Below, piece by piece: positions 12,670 to 23,892 of a DNA stretch of 64,000 nt. The position numbers and the translations under genes were made by a program. Each line of letters starts with the position of its first letter. Within the stretch, counting starts at the first letter, position 1. Source of the DNA: Chiloscyllium plagiosum (lineage: Eukaryota); assembly GCF_004010195.1 (NCBI RefSeq), contig NC_057750.1, positions 9,272,163 to 9,336,162 on the forward strand, written 5' to 3'. The notes under the pieces are model-generated. The model was given only the letters and a program-made list of their open reading frames with translations. It did not search any database and was not told the DNA's origin.

Positions 12670-14400
12670 ACAGTTATAGAGATGTACAGCACAGATACAG
12701 ACCCTTCGGTCCAACTCGTCCATACCAACCAGATATCCTAAATTAATCTAGTCCCATTTGCCAGCACTTGGCCCATATCCCTCTAAACCCTTCCTATTTA
12801 TGTACACATCCCGATGCCTTTTAAATGTTGTTATTGTACCAGCGTCCACCACTTCCTCTGGCAGCTCATTCCACACACGCACCGCCTTCTGTGTGAAAGA
12901 GTTGCCCGTCATGTCCCTTTTAAATCTTTATCCTCTCACCTTAAACCTATGCCCTCTAGTTTTGGACTCCCCTGCCCTGGGAAAAAGACCTTATCTATTT
13001 ATCCTATCCATGCCCCTTATGATTTTATAAACCTCTATAAAGGTCACCCCTCAAACTCTGACACTCAAGGGAAAGCAGCCCCAGTCTATTCAGCATCTTG
13101 CTATAGCTCAGCCCTGGCAACATCCTTAGAGTCATAGAGATGTACAGCATGGAAACAGACCCTTCAGTCCAACTCATCCATGCTAACCAGATATCCCAAC
13201 CTAGTGGGCGGCACGGTGGTTAGCACTGCTGCCTCACAGCACCAGAGACCCGGGTTCAATTCCCGACTCAGGCGACTGACTGTGTGGAGTTTGCAAGTTC
13301 TCCCCGTGTCTGCGTGGGTTTCCTCCAGGTGCTCCGGTTTCCTCCCACAGTCCAAAGATGTGCAGGTCAAGTGAATTGGCCATACTAAATTGCCCGTAGT
13401 GTTAGGTAAGGGGTAAATGTAGGGGTATGGATGGGTTGCGCTTCGGCGGGGCGGTGTGGACTTGTTGGGCCGAAGGGCCTGTTTCCACACTGTAAGTAAT
13501 CTAATCTAATCTAGTCCCATTTGCCAGCACTTGGTCCATATCCCTCTAAAGCCTTCCTATTCATATACCCATCCAGAGTCTCTCTCTATAGCTCAAATCC
13601 TCCAACCCTGGCTACATCCTTGTAAATCTTTTCTGAACCCTTTCAAGTTTCACAACATCCTTCCTATAGCAGGGAGGCCAGAATTGAAAACCGTATTCCA
13701 AAAGCGGCCTAACCAATGTCCTGTACAGCTGCAAGATGACCTCCCAACTCTTGTACTCAATACACTGACCAATAGTCAAAAATCACATGACACCAGGCCA
13801 TAGTCCAACAGGTCTATGTGACAACACAACCTTTCAGAGGGAAGATCCTAAAGCTTGTGTTTTCAAACAAACCTGCTGGACTACACCTGGTGTTGTGTGA
13901 TTTTTGACCTTGGGAGACAGTGAGGACTGCAGATGCTGGAGATCAGAGTTGAGAGTGTGGCGCTGGAAAAGCGCTTGTGTTTTCAAACAAACCTGCTGGA
14001 CTACAACCTGGTGTTGTGTGATTTTTGACCTTGGGAGACAGTGAGGACTGCAGATGCTGGAGATCAGAGTTGAGAGTGTGGCGCTGGAAAAGCACAGCAG
14101 GTCAGGCAGCATCCGAGGAGCAGGAGAATCGACATTTCTGGCTGGGAGCCCTTCATTTTTGACTGTGTCCAACCCACTCCAACACTGACACCTCCACGCC
14201 ATGGCTGCCCAATAAAGGCAAGCATACAAAATACCCTCTTCACTTTCCTGTCTACCTGCGACCCCACTTTCAAGGAGCACACTTTCAACCTACACTGCAA
14301 GGTCCCTTCGTTCAGCGACGCCCCTCAGGACCTGAACATTAAGTGTATCAGTCTTGCCCTGATTCGCCTTTCCACAATGCAGCACCTCACATTTAACTAA
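12670..14400 (-). mobile_element. Nested CR1 fragments containing an HE1 SINE (13204-13512, plus) and PLE inserts (13773-14200)
   Basis: CR1 tails at 12670 and 13128. LINE sequence resumes after each insert. Confidence 0.8.
13773..14200. mobile_element. PLE family B fold-back with family A arm inserted and a 121-bp tandem duplication
   Basis: B arms AAAATCACATGACACCAGG..AGTCCAACAGG / CCTGCTGGACTACACCTGGTGTTGTGTGATTTT. ATTTTTGAC flanks the A arm. Confidence 0.75.
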
Positions 14401-14891
14401 ATTATACTCCAACTGAGAGTCCATTGTAGCTCAGATGGTGCCCTGTGTGGCAACATGATATACTTTTCTCTGTACTTTTGTCCTTGAGTACACACAGCAA
14501 TAAAATCAAATCAAAATCCATGTGCCAGCTAGCAGAGCTTCTGCTTGAACAGTATAAAACAGAGCTTAGCATTGATTCCCCATTAGCACAGACACTTGGG
14601 GACGGGGATTTGAACAGCAATGTCCCTGTGCCCTCCCCATGCAAGCTGTGCCCAGAGATCTCTACCAGTTTGGGGCAGATCCACACCGCTGATCCGCTCA
14701 CCCTTAGAGACCCCAGCTGATAGGCTAGCCCCCTCCCCCCCCCTTTTCCCAGAATGCCATTTCTCCTGCCAACAGGGGATGACCGTTAATGGGCTGGCAG
14801 TGAGTTGAGGCCTTAGGTGGTTATTAATTGGGTTGTCTTCCCAGCCAAAACGTAATTCCTGAGATGGTGAGGAAGAGGTCCGGTATCTTAT

Positions 14892-15111
14892 CAAGAGTGT
14901 GGTGCTGGAAAAGCACAGCAAGTCAGGCAGCTTCCAAGAAGCAGGAGAATGGATGTTTCGGGCATAAGCCCTTCATCAATTCCTGATGAAGGGCTTATGC
15001 CTGAAACATCGATTTTCCTGCTCCTCGGATGCTGCCTGACCTGCTGTGCTTTTCCAGCACCAGACTCTTGACTCCGATGTCCAGCATCTGCAGTCCTCAC
15101 TTTCTCCTACT
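14892..15111. mobile_element. PLE family A fold-back with two back-to-back hammerhead cores
   Basis: TTTCGGGCATAAGCCCTTCATCA-ATTC-CTGATGAAGGGCTTATGCCTGAAACATC inside inverted arms. Confidence 0.85.
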
Positions 15112-15124
15112 CTGATATCTTTTG

Positions 15125-15680
15125 TCATATTGAGGTTGTGTAAGATGTTGGTGAGAAGCTCTTTGTGAGTACTGTGTCCAGTTCTGGTCACCCAGAAGGA
15201 TATTACTAAACTGGAGAGGGTTCAGAAGAGATTTACCAAGATGCTGCTGGGAATGGAGGGTTTGAGGTATAAGGAGAGGCTGGATAGACTGGAACCTCTT
15301 TCCCTGCAGTGTAGGAGGTTGAGAGGTGACTGTATAGAGCTTTATAAAATCATGAGGGGCATAAATAAGATGAATCTTTTCCATGGGGCGGGGTAGTTCA
15401 AGACAGGGGGACACATTTTTAAGATGAGAGGAGAAAGAATTTAAAAAGACTTGAGGGGGTAACTTGTTTACACCGAGTGGTTCGGGTGTGGAATGAACTT
15501 CCTAAGGAAGTGGTGGGTGTGGGTACAGTTACAACGTTGAAAAGACATTTGGAGAAGTGCATGAATAGGAGAGGTTTGGAGGGATATGGGCCAGGAGCAG
15601 GCATTTGGGACTAGTTTAGTTTGGGATTATGGTCGACATGGACTGGTTGGGCCGAAGGGTCTGTTCCTGCGCTGTACTCT
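15125..15680 (+). mobile_element. CR1/HER1 3' fragment
   Basis: KLERVQKRFT..RVVRVWNELP and CR1 tail. Confidence 0.85.
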
Positions 15681-15969
15681 GAAACCAGACCACCCAGCCA
15701 TTTGCCCTACATCCCAGCCTTAGAGGTGAAAGGTGCTACAGAATGCAAACGTTCCCTTTTTCTTCCCCATCCCATCTTCTCACCAACTCCACCAAATCTT
15801 TCTCTTTGCCGAATCATTCCGTGTTGATCCCAACGCACAGTCCCCTTCAACATTCCATTCTGAAGGGACAACTCATATTACCCATCTATGGGATTGTCAG
15901 CGCCCCCCCCCCCCCTCAGGATTGTCCTGTTATCTTCAGGAATCAACAGTTAGTCTCTGGAAGCTAAAA

Positions 15970-16262
15970 GATTAGATTTCCCTACAGTGTGGAAACAGGC
16001 CCTTCGGCCCAACAAGTCCACACCCACTCTCCAAAGAGTAACCCACCCAGACTCACTTCCCTCTGACTAATGCACCTATCACTACAGGCAATTTAACATG
16101 GCTCATTCACCTAACCTGCCCATCTTTGGACTGGGGGAGGAAACCCACAAAGACACAGGGAGAATGTGCAAACTTCACACAGACAGTTGTCCAAGGGCTG
16201 GAATCGAACCTGAGACCCTAGTGCTGCGAGGCAGCAGTGCTAACCACCGAGCCACTGTGCCA
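15970..16262 (-). mobile_element. HE1-like SINE
   Basis: Head, V-domain and tail. Confidence 0.85.
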
Positions 16263-16507
16263 AACTCTTTGAAAAAAAATCTCCTTCAATCAATTTCTTG
16301 CAAAAGCTTCATTGATTAATCTTAAAGAGCATTGGGGTGGATTTTGGAGTTGGCAAAGGGAGCCTTGTGATGAAATCTCCAGGAATATATACAATCAAAT
16401 TTCACCCTTTTGAGTAAATTATTTTGATCTTGTTGTACTGGTTTCCCTTGAAGCTGTGCTAATCACATTCCAGCAATTTGCAAATGCAGCAGTTTACAAC
16501 AACTGAC

Positions 16508-17057
16508 TTTTGGAATATCGCGTGCAATTCTGGTCTCCTTCCTATCGGAAAAATATTGCGAAACTTGAAAGGGTTCAGAAAAGATTTACAAGGATGTTGC
16601 CAGGGTTGGAGGATTTGAGCTGGAGGGAGAGGCTGAACAGGCTGGGGCTGTTTTCCCTGGAGCGTCGGAGGCTGAGGGGTGACCTTATACAGGTTTATAA
16701 AATCATGAGGGGCATGGATAGGATAAATAGACAAGGTCTTTTCCCTGGGGTTGGGGGTGTCCAGAACTAGAGGGCATAGGTTTAAGGTGAGAGGGGAAAG
16801 ATATAAAAGAGACCTAAGGGGCAATATTTTAACACAGAGGGTAGTACATGTATGGAATGAGCTGCCAGAGGAAGTGATAGAGGCTGGTACAATTGCAACA
16901 CTTAAAAGACATCTAGATGTGTATATGAATAGGAAGGGTTTAGAGGGATATGGGCCGGGTGCTGGCAAATGGGACTAGATTGGGTTGGGATATCTGGTCG
17001 GCATGGACGAGTTGGACCGAAGGGTCTGTTTCCGTGCTGTACATCTCTATGACTCTA
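16508..17057 (+). mobile_element. Young CR1/HER1 3' fragment
   Basis: [49 protein letters not shown] and CTCTATGACTCTA tail. Confidence 0.92.
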
Positions 17058-20000
17058 ACTGACGATGGTTACAAGGACTGTTAAGGTAGCTTCTAATTTC
17101 AGATTTTTATCAATTCAAATCTGACCCTGGTGAGATTCAAACCCAGGTCCCCAGGCTCTTCGGATTACTAGCCTAGCAACACAAGCGCTCTGTTTCCCCG
17201 TGGATTGACCCCATGAACAGCATGGGTTCGGGACGTCCGGTCACCACCATGTGTTCAAGGGGCAATTGAGGACGACAAGGGGCAATTGAGACAAATGGTG
17301 GATGACACACAACCCATGAACAAGTTACAAAAACAAGAATCAGTCAGGCCAGGGCTGGGGTGTTATAAATGGTGCACAGTTCCTAATGTCTCGTTGATGA
17401 GATGGTAACGTCTTGGGATAGGGTGGAAGGAGCAGTCCCTGCCACACAGGGAACAGTGCCAGGATGGAATCGACTGGAAGCAGAGGGAATGCCAGGCGGC
17501 TGTGCTGTGAAGGCAAGCCACAATCGGAAGCAGAAAAGGCCCAGGGATGGCATTACTCAGGCAAATAAAATGGCAATCAGCGCAGTCAATTATATTATTG
17601 ACTCTGAAACGATTTTAATCTCATTTGTTGTGACACATGCAGTGCATGTCTGGAACCCGATCTCTCCACAGTCAATTTATTTGTGATTGCAGGCCTGTAT
17701 TACATCACCTCAGTCTGCTGGGGCTCTGCAGAAGGTTGTCGGAGTGTACCGACAATGTCAGCATCAATATCCACAGCGTGTATATCGTCTCGCAATCCCA
17801 CAGTGTCCCAGAGCGCGTAAATTATTCATTTCCCCTCCTGGGTCAGGTTCCAGGCACAGAGCATGGAGTTGGTGTGGGGAGGGGGTGGGGGGGAGAGATG
17901 TGGAATTGAGGGAGACAGAGCAGACGAGAGGGCAAAGAAATAAAAAAAGGAGTGAAGGAACAGGAGCTTCTGGAAGGAATTAGACATATCACGGGAGACA
18001 GGCAGGCTAGTGAAGTTGAGGGAGGCAATGGCCTTTTGTTATTATCGCTAGACTGTTTATCCAAAGACCGAGGTTTTGTTCTAGGGACCTGGGTTCAAAT
18101 CCTGCCACAACCGACAGTGGAATTTGAATTCAGTATAAAAATCGGGAATTAATTGTCAAACAATGACGACGAATCCATTGCTGATCGTTGGGAAAACCCA
18201 ACTGGTTTACTAACGTCCTTCAAGGAAGGGAGCCGCCATCTATACCCGGTGTGGACTGCATGTGACTCCAGACCGACAACAATGTGGTTGACCCTTAACT
18301 GCACCCCTGGGGCAGTTAGGGATGGACAGTAAATGCTGGCCTGACTGATGATGCTCCTATCCCATGAATGAATTAATTCAAAAAGGCCACATTCAAATTA
18401 GTTTGGTGAATAGTACTGAGGGCTCAAGGGGCTGAATAGCCCACTCCTACTTGTATTTTGTATGATCGTAGATAAATCATATGAAGACACATATAGAGAG
18501 CAATGTAATTACAAACTCAATGACATAGCGTAATGGTGAATAAGGGAACAGGGAATATAATTTGAAAAGAGGGCACTCATATTAAAGTGTACAACTCCAT
18601 CAGGCTACGTTAATTCAGCATTGTTTCAACGATGCAGCTCTTCCCTGAGGCGTCTCAGTGCTTGCCTAATGTCCTAAAACTCACGCCTCAAAATAACCAA
18701 GGCCTGAGGTCAATCCACATTCAACAACCTGCACTGAAAACTCTGCTCATATTTGAATGACCAGGCAGGCCTCGCACCACAGCAACTGAGCACACCCACA
18801 ACGTTCCGAAACAGTCAGCAAGATCAGGCATTCTATAAAGAAAGGGTCAATTCACCCAAATGTTCAACAGTCCTTTCAAAATTTCCAACATCCGGATCCT
18901 CATCACAGAGTCACAGAGTCAGCACAGAAGCGGACCCCTTCGTCCAACAAGTCCATGCCAAACATAATCTCAAACTAAACTGGCCCCACCTGCCTACTCC
19001 TGACCCATATCCTTCCAAACCTTTCCTATTCATGTAATTATCCAAATGTCTCTTGTAATTGGTTTCACATCCACTTCCTCAGGAAGTTCATTCCACACAT
19101 GAACTACCCTCTGTGGGAAAAAAAAAATTGCCTCTCATGTCTTTTTAAAATCTCTCTCGTCTCACCGTAACAATGTGCCCCCTAGTCTGGAAACCCCACA
19201 TCCTAGGGAAAAGACAACCACCATTAACTCAATCTATACTCTTCATTATTTTATAAGCGTCTATCAGGTCGCATCTCCTACACTCCAGTGAAAAAAGTCC
19301 CAGCCTATCTAGCCCTTCTTTATAAGTCAAACCTTCCATACCTGGCAACATCCTGGTAAATTTTTTTTGAACTCTCTTCAGCTTAATCAGCCCTTCCCCA
19401 GGCTATAATCTATCTTTGTAACAGGTTCTAATTTTTTTTATCATTCATGGGTTGTGGGCATTTCTGGCTAGGCCAGCATTTATTGCCCTATCCCTAATTG
19501 CTCAGAGGGCAGTTAAGAGTCATCCACATTACTGTTGGTCTGGAGTCACATGTAGGCTAGACCAGGTAAGGATGGCTGTTTCCTTCCCGAAAGGGCATTA
19601 TTAAAAAGGTAGGGCTTTCCTGATAATGGATTCATGGTCATCATTAGACTCTTAATTCCAGACATTTATTGAATTCAAATTCCACCATCTGCCATGGTGA
19701 GATTTGAACCCAGGTCCGCAGGACCATTATCTGGGTCGACAGGTTAACAGTTCAGCAATAATACCACTAGGCCATTGCCCCCCTCAATAAGCTTATTGAT
19801 GTTTATAAAATCATGAGGGATATAGATGAGGTGAATGACAAGGGTCTTTTCCCCAGATTGGGGAGTTCAAAATCAGGCAGCATATTTTTAAGGTGAGAGC
19901 AGAAAGATTTAAAAAGTACACGAGGGGCAACTTTTTCACACATAGGGTAGCTCGTGTGTGGAACGAACTGCCAGAGGAAATGGTGGTTGTGGTTACAGTT

Positions 20001-20082
20001 ACAACATTTAAAAAACATATGAATAAATACATGAATAGGAAAGGTTTGGAGGAATATGGGTCAAATGGAAGCAGGTGGGACT

Positions 20083-20511
20083 TCCGCATCCATGAACACC
20101 AACTAGCCACAAAACGACACGACCAGCTATCCTTAGTATCCACACACGCAGAGGACAAGTAACATGAGTTCGACTGGGACAACACTACTATTATAGGCCA
20201 AGCCAAACAGAGGACAGCCAGGGAATTCCTAGAGACATGGCACTCATCGACAGATTCAATCAATAAGCACATCGACCTGGACCCTATATACCGACCACTG
20301 CAGCGGACAGCTGGAACTGACAACCGGAAGCGGCAGATTCAAACCACTACAAATGCCGGAGGAAAGATCACAGAAGCGCTTCACAGGAGGCTCCCAAGCA
20401 CTGAGGATGTCACCTAGACAGGGGACAAAATGTCTGCAACACAAATTCCCAGCTCGGCGAACAGAACCACAACAACGAGCACCTGAGCTACAAATCTTCT
20501 CACAAACTTTG
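20083..20511 (+). mobile_element. Penelope-like element 3' end (Poseidon-type GIY-YIG C-terminus plus terminal repeat) inserted in a CR1 tail
   Basis: RIHEHQLATKRHDQLSLVSTH..HEFDWDNTTIIGQAKQRTAREFLETWHS..SINKHIDLDPIY. Perfect TSD AGCAGGTGGGACT at 20070-20082 and 20512-20524. Decayed hammerhead at 20398-20437. Confidence 0.85.
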
Positions 20512-21638
20512 AGCAGGTGGGACTAGTTTGGTTTGGGAACATAGCTGGCATGGACTGGTTGAACCAAAGGGCCTGTTTGTGTTCTGTGCAACTGAATGAA
20601 ATGAAGTGGGGGTGAGACGTTATATAAAAATTTCTTGAAATGTGTTGATTGGTAGTTCAGAGCAGAGTTAATCCTGAGCTAATACAGTTTTTGATTTAAC
20701 AGATACAGCAATATCACACTGACTGATTCATTGGTTGCTGATATTAGACTGACCAACTGCATAATTCATTAATGAGCCTTTAACTGATTAATATCCGTAC
20801 AGTGACCCATTAACAAAGTGCTCCCCAGACATTTTCCTCGTGTGATTCCATTTTAATACCTCGGAGTTTGTTTGGTCCGAGAGCGAGTATTTTGGGGGAG
20901 TTTGAGAATTGTAGAGTGAGGATTCAGTGAGGGTTTTGTTTGATTCATTCATGGGAAGGAGATGTCGCTGGCTACACCCAGCATTTATTGCCCATCCTTA
21001 ATTGCCCAGAGGTCAGTTAAGAGTCAACCCCATCGCTGTGGGTCTGGAGTCACATGTAGGCCAGACCAGGTAAGGATGGCCGTTTCCTTCCCTCAAGGAC
21101 ATTAGTGGATCAGATGGGGTTTTCCAACAATGGATTCACAGTCATTGTTAGAGACTTAATTCCAGATTTAAAAAAAAATTGAATTCAAATTCCACCATCT
21201 CCCATGGGGAAATCAAAGCCGAGTCCCCAGAACATGACCTGGGTCTCTGGGTTAACAGTCCAGCGATAATACCACTCAGCCATCGCCTCCTCTTAATGGG
21301 TGCTTTTCATAGTGAGTGGTGTGGGGGATTTAGTTGTGGATCCAGTGCAGGGTTGGGGGGGGGTGGGGAGGTGGACGTTTAGGCAAAAAAAGACACCTTT
21401 CTGTGTAGGCTTTTCTTTATTGCATAAGAGTGCTGTCCGAAAGGCCATGCCTACCAACAGAAAATTAAAATTAAGGATTGAATGGAGACTTGGAACTGTC
21501 AGAAATTAGACAAAATCCAGCAACCACTATCTCCTCGGAGAGTGTGACTCCAGACTGTCATATCATGGTCTTACTGGGAGTGGAGAACCACTGTTTGAAG
21601 ACCCTGCATAAACCCATTTGGTCCGGATATCACACTAA

Positions 21639-21927
21639 ACGGCACGGTGGCACAGTGGTTAGCACTGCTGCCTCACAGCGCCAGAGACCCAGGTTCAATT
21701 CCCGCCTCAGGTGACTGTCTGTGTTGAGTTTGCATATTCTCCCCGTGTCTGCGTGGGTTTCCTCCCACAGTCCAAAGATGTGCAGGGTCAGGTGAAATGG
21801 CCGTGCTAAATTGCCCGTAGTGTTAGGTGAAGGGGTAAATATAGGGGTATGGGTGGGTTGCGCTTCGGCGGGTCAGTGTGGACTTGTTGGGCTGAAGGGC
21901 CTATTTCCACACTGTAAGTAATCTAAA
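21639..21927 (+). mobile_element. HE1-like SINE
   Basis: Head, V-domain and tail. Confidence 0.9.
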
Positions 21928-22089
21928 CCTTTCAACACGATTCATTGTAATTTGTGAATGAGAGGGGACAGTTCCTACTCATTGATAAGGACACTTTCTA
22001 AATGAGTGATCCCTTGTAAACGCCGGTGAAGGGATATAGAATTGAACGAGAAAGAACTGGAGAGAAACACAACTAGATTAAACATTACT

Positions 22090-22915
22090 GAAAGGAGACT
22101 AGAAGTCGAAGCTTTTTGTCTTGCATTCGTCAGGCAGGACAAGGAAACAAAGGGACACCATTTTATACAGCATGGGAAGAGGGTGCTGCTCAGGCTGTCA
22201 CTGACATGGGGGATGCAGCAACAACAGTTAACTGTCAATCTTAATTCTCAGATCAGGCGGGTGGATTCTGATTGGTCAGGGTGTTGTCATAGCGATGCAG
22301 CGGTGATTGGCTGTCTCCACGACACCACTTTTTGTTTAGATAAAGGTGCAGGGTGTACAAATTCCTTTTGCAGAGCCCTGTGTGTTTATGTACGTGGCTT
22401 CCAGCACACGCAAATGCATCACCCTGCGAGGCTGATCTTAAACTGGTTCCCGATGGAACTCTTAACACAGTCTAGATTATTCAATAAAAGATTTCCAACA
22501 GCAGAAAAATATCTGATGGTGGATGTACTTCAGAGTCTTGCAGTGACGGGCTGTGATTCATCACACTGTGAATGGACAACAGGATGTGTTGATGGATACA
22601 ATCCTCCAGTCATTGGGACATACGGTCTCCATACCTGGCACCACACTGCTGAAACTCCTACCACATTACTCACTCGTGTGGTTGGAAAAAAAAAACATCT
22701 CTTTGGCTTGACTCCAGCATGGAGGAAACCACTGGTGGGTTTATTGCTCAGTAGCTGTGTGAGACAGCTCCCTTTCCAGGGTGCACCAGTCGGGGCCAAA
22801 GATGACTGACGTAAGTTTTCACGATTATACAATATGTGATGATTGGATCTGTTATCCCGCAGGATACTTTTGAGATGCCCTCTCTCGGCATCAAGCAAGG
22901 AAGTACCTATTCATG
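22090..22915 (-). mobile_element. Old Penelope-like element (Naiad-like): linker, GIY-YIG remnant, 3' region with decayed hammerhead
   Basis: Across frameshifts: LDAERGHLKSILRDN..PWKG..SSQRDV..PTTRVSNVV-EFQQCGARYGDRMSQ*LEDCIHQH, resembling SxVVYxFxCxC..YVGxTxxxLxxRIxQH. Core CTGACGA-ATGCAAGAC-AAAA-AGCT-TC-GAC at 22105-22135. Confidence 0.7.
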
Positions 22916-22937
22916 AGGTTGGGAATAAGATATGGAG

Positions 22938-23088
22938 CTGAAAATGTGTTGCTGGAAAAGCGCAGCAGGTCAGGCAGCATCCAAGGAACAGGAGAATCCT
23001 GCTCCTTGGATGCTGCCTGACCTGCTGCGCTTTTCCAGCAACACATTTTCAGCTCTGATCTCCAGCATCTGCAGTCCTCACTTTCTCC
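22938..23088. mobile_element. PLE family A near-perfect 59-bp hairpin insert with 14-bp TSD
   Basis: TSD AATAAGATATGGAG at 22924-22937 and 23089-23102. Arms 22935-22993 and 22997-23055 with one mismatch and a GAA loop. Confidence 0.9.
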
Positions 23089-23097
23089 AATAAGATA

Positions 23098-23283
23098 TGG
23101 AGGTGCCAGTGCTGGACTGGGGTGGACAAGGTCAGAAGCCCAAGGTTATAGTCCAACAGGTTTATTTGAAATCACCAGCCTTCCAAGCACTGCCCCTTCA
23201 TCAGAAGTCAAGTTCACCTGACGACAGGACAGCGCTCCGAAAGCTTGTGATTTCAAATAAACCTGTTGGTCTATATCCTAGTA
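23098..23283. mobile_element. PLE family B fold-back (resumes near 23890-23920)
   Basis: TATAGTCCAACAGGTTTATTTGAAATCAC / GTGATTTCAAATAAACCTGTTGG arms. CAC-CTGACGA..GCTCC-GAAA-GC-TT-GTG at 23215-23249. Confidence 0.8.
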
Positions 23284-23892
23284 GGAGAAAGCGAGGACTG
23301 CAGATGCTGGAGTCAAGAGTGCATTGCTGGAAAAGCACAGCAGGTCAGGCAACTTCGAGGAGCAGGAGAATTGACATTTCAGGCATAGGCTCTTCATCAG
23401 GACTGAGGCTTGTGGGCTGGGAGGTTGAGAGATAAATGGAGGGGGTGGGTGGAAGATAGCTGAGGCTATGATAGGTAGATGGAGGTGAGGGTAATGGTGA
23501 TAGGTCGGAGAGGAGAGTGGAATGGATAAATAGGAAAGACGATGGACAGGTCAAGAGGGTGGTGCCGAGTTGGAGGCTGGGAGAAGGTGGGGGGAGGGGA
23601 AATGAGGAAACTGGTGAAATCCATATTGATCCCATGTGGTTGGAGGGTCCCAAGGCGGAAGATGAGGCGCTCTTCCTCCAGGCGTCAGGTAGTTAGGGTT
23701 TGGCGATGGAGGAGGCCCAGGACCTGCATGTCTTTGATGGAGTGGGAGGGGGAGTTGAAGTGTTCAGCCACAGGGCAGTGGGGTTGGTTGGTGCGGGTGT
23801 TCTAGAGATGTTCTCTAAAGCGTTCTGCAAATTGGGAGGTGACCACATTGGGTGCAACAGATGCAGTGGATGACATTTGTGGAGATACAGGT
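23283..23892 (-). mobile_element. Penelope-like element (Neptune-type) 3' end: GIY-YIG remnant, 3' UTR, family A terminal repeat
   Basis: TCISTNVIHCICCTQCGHL[deletion]QFAERFREHL*..PVAEHFNSPSHSIKDMQVLGL..RLEEERLIFRLGTLQPHGINMDF. Then a pyrimidine-rich UTR, CTGATGA..GAAA core (23369-23404) and family A arm. Confidence 0.88.

Noticed and set aside
22042..22809. 255-aa plus-strand ORF as a host gene
   Set aside because: No recognisable domain. It is antisense to a decayed PLE.
22530..22898. 122-aa minus ORF ending in ARL (PTS1-like) as a terminal exon
   Set aside because: It is a frameshifted mosaic of PLE linker and GIY-YIG sequence, so the ending is probably chance.
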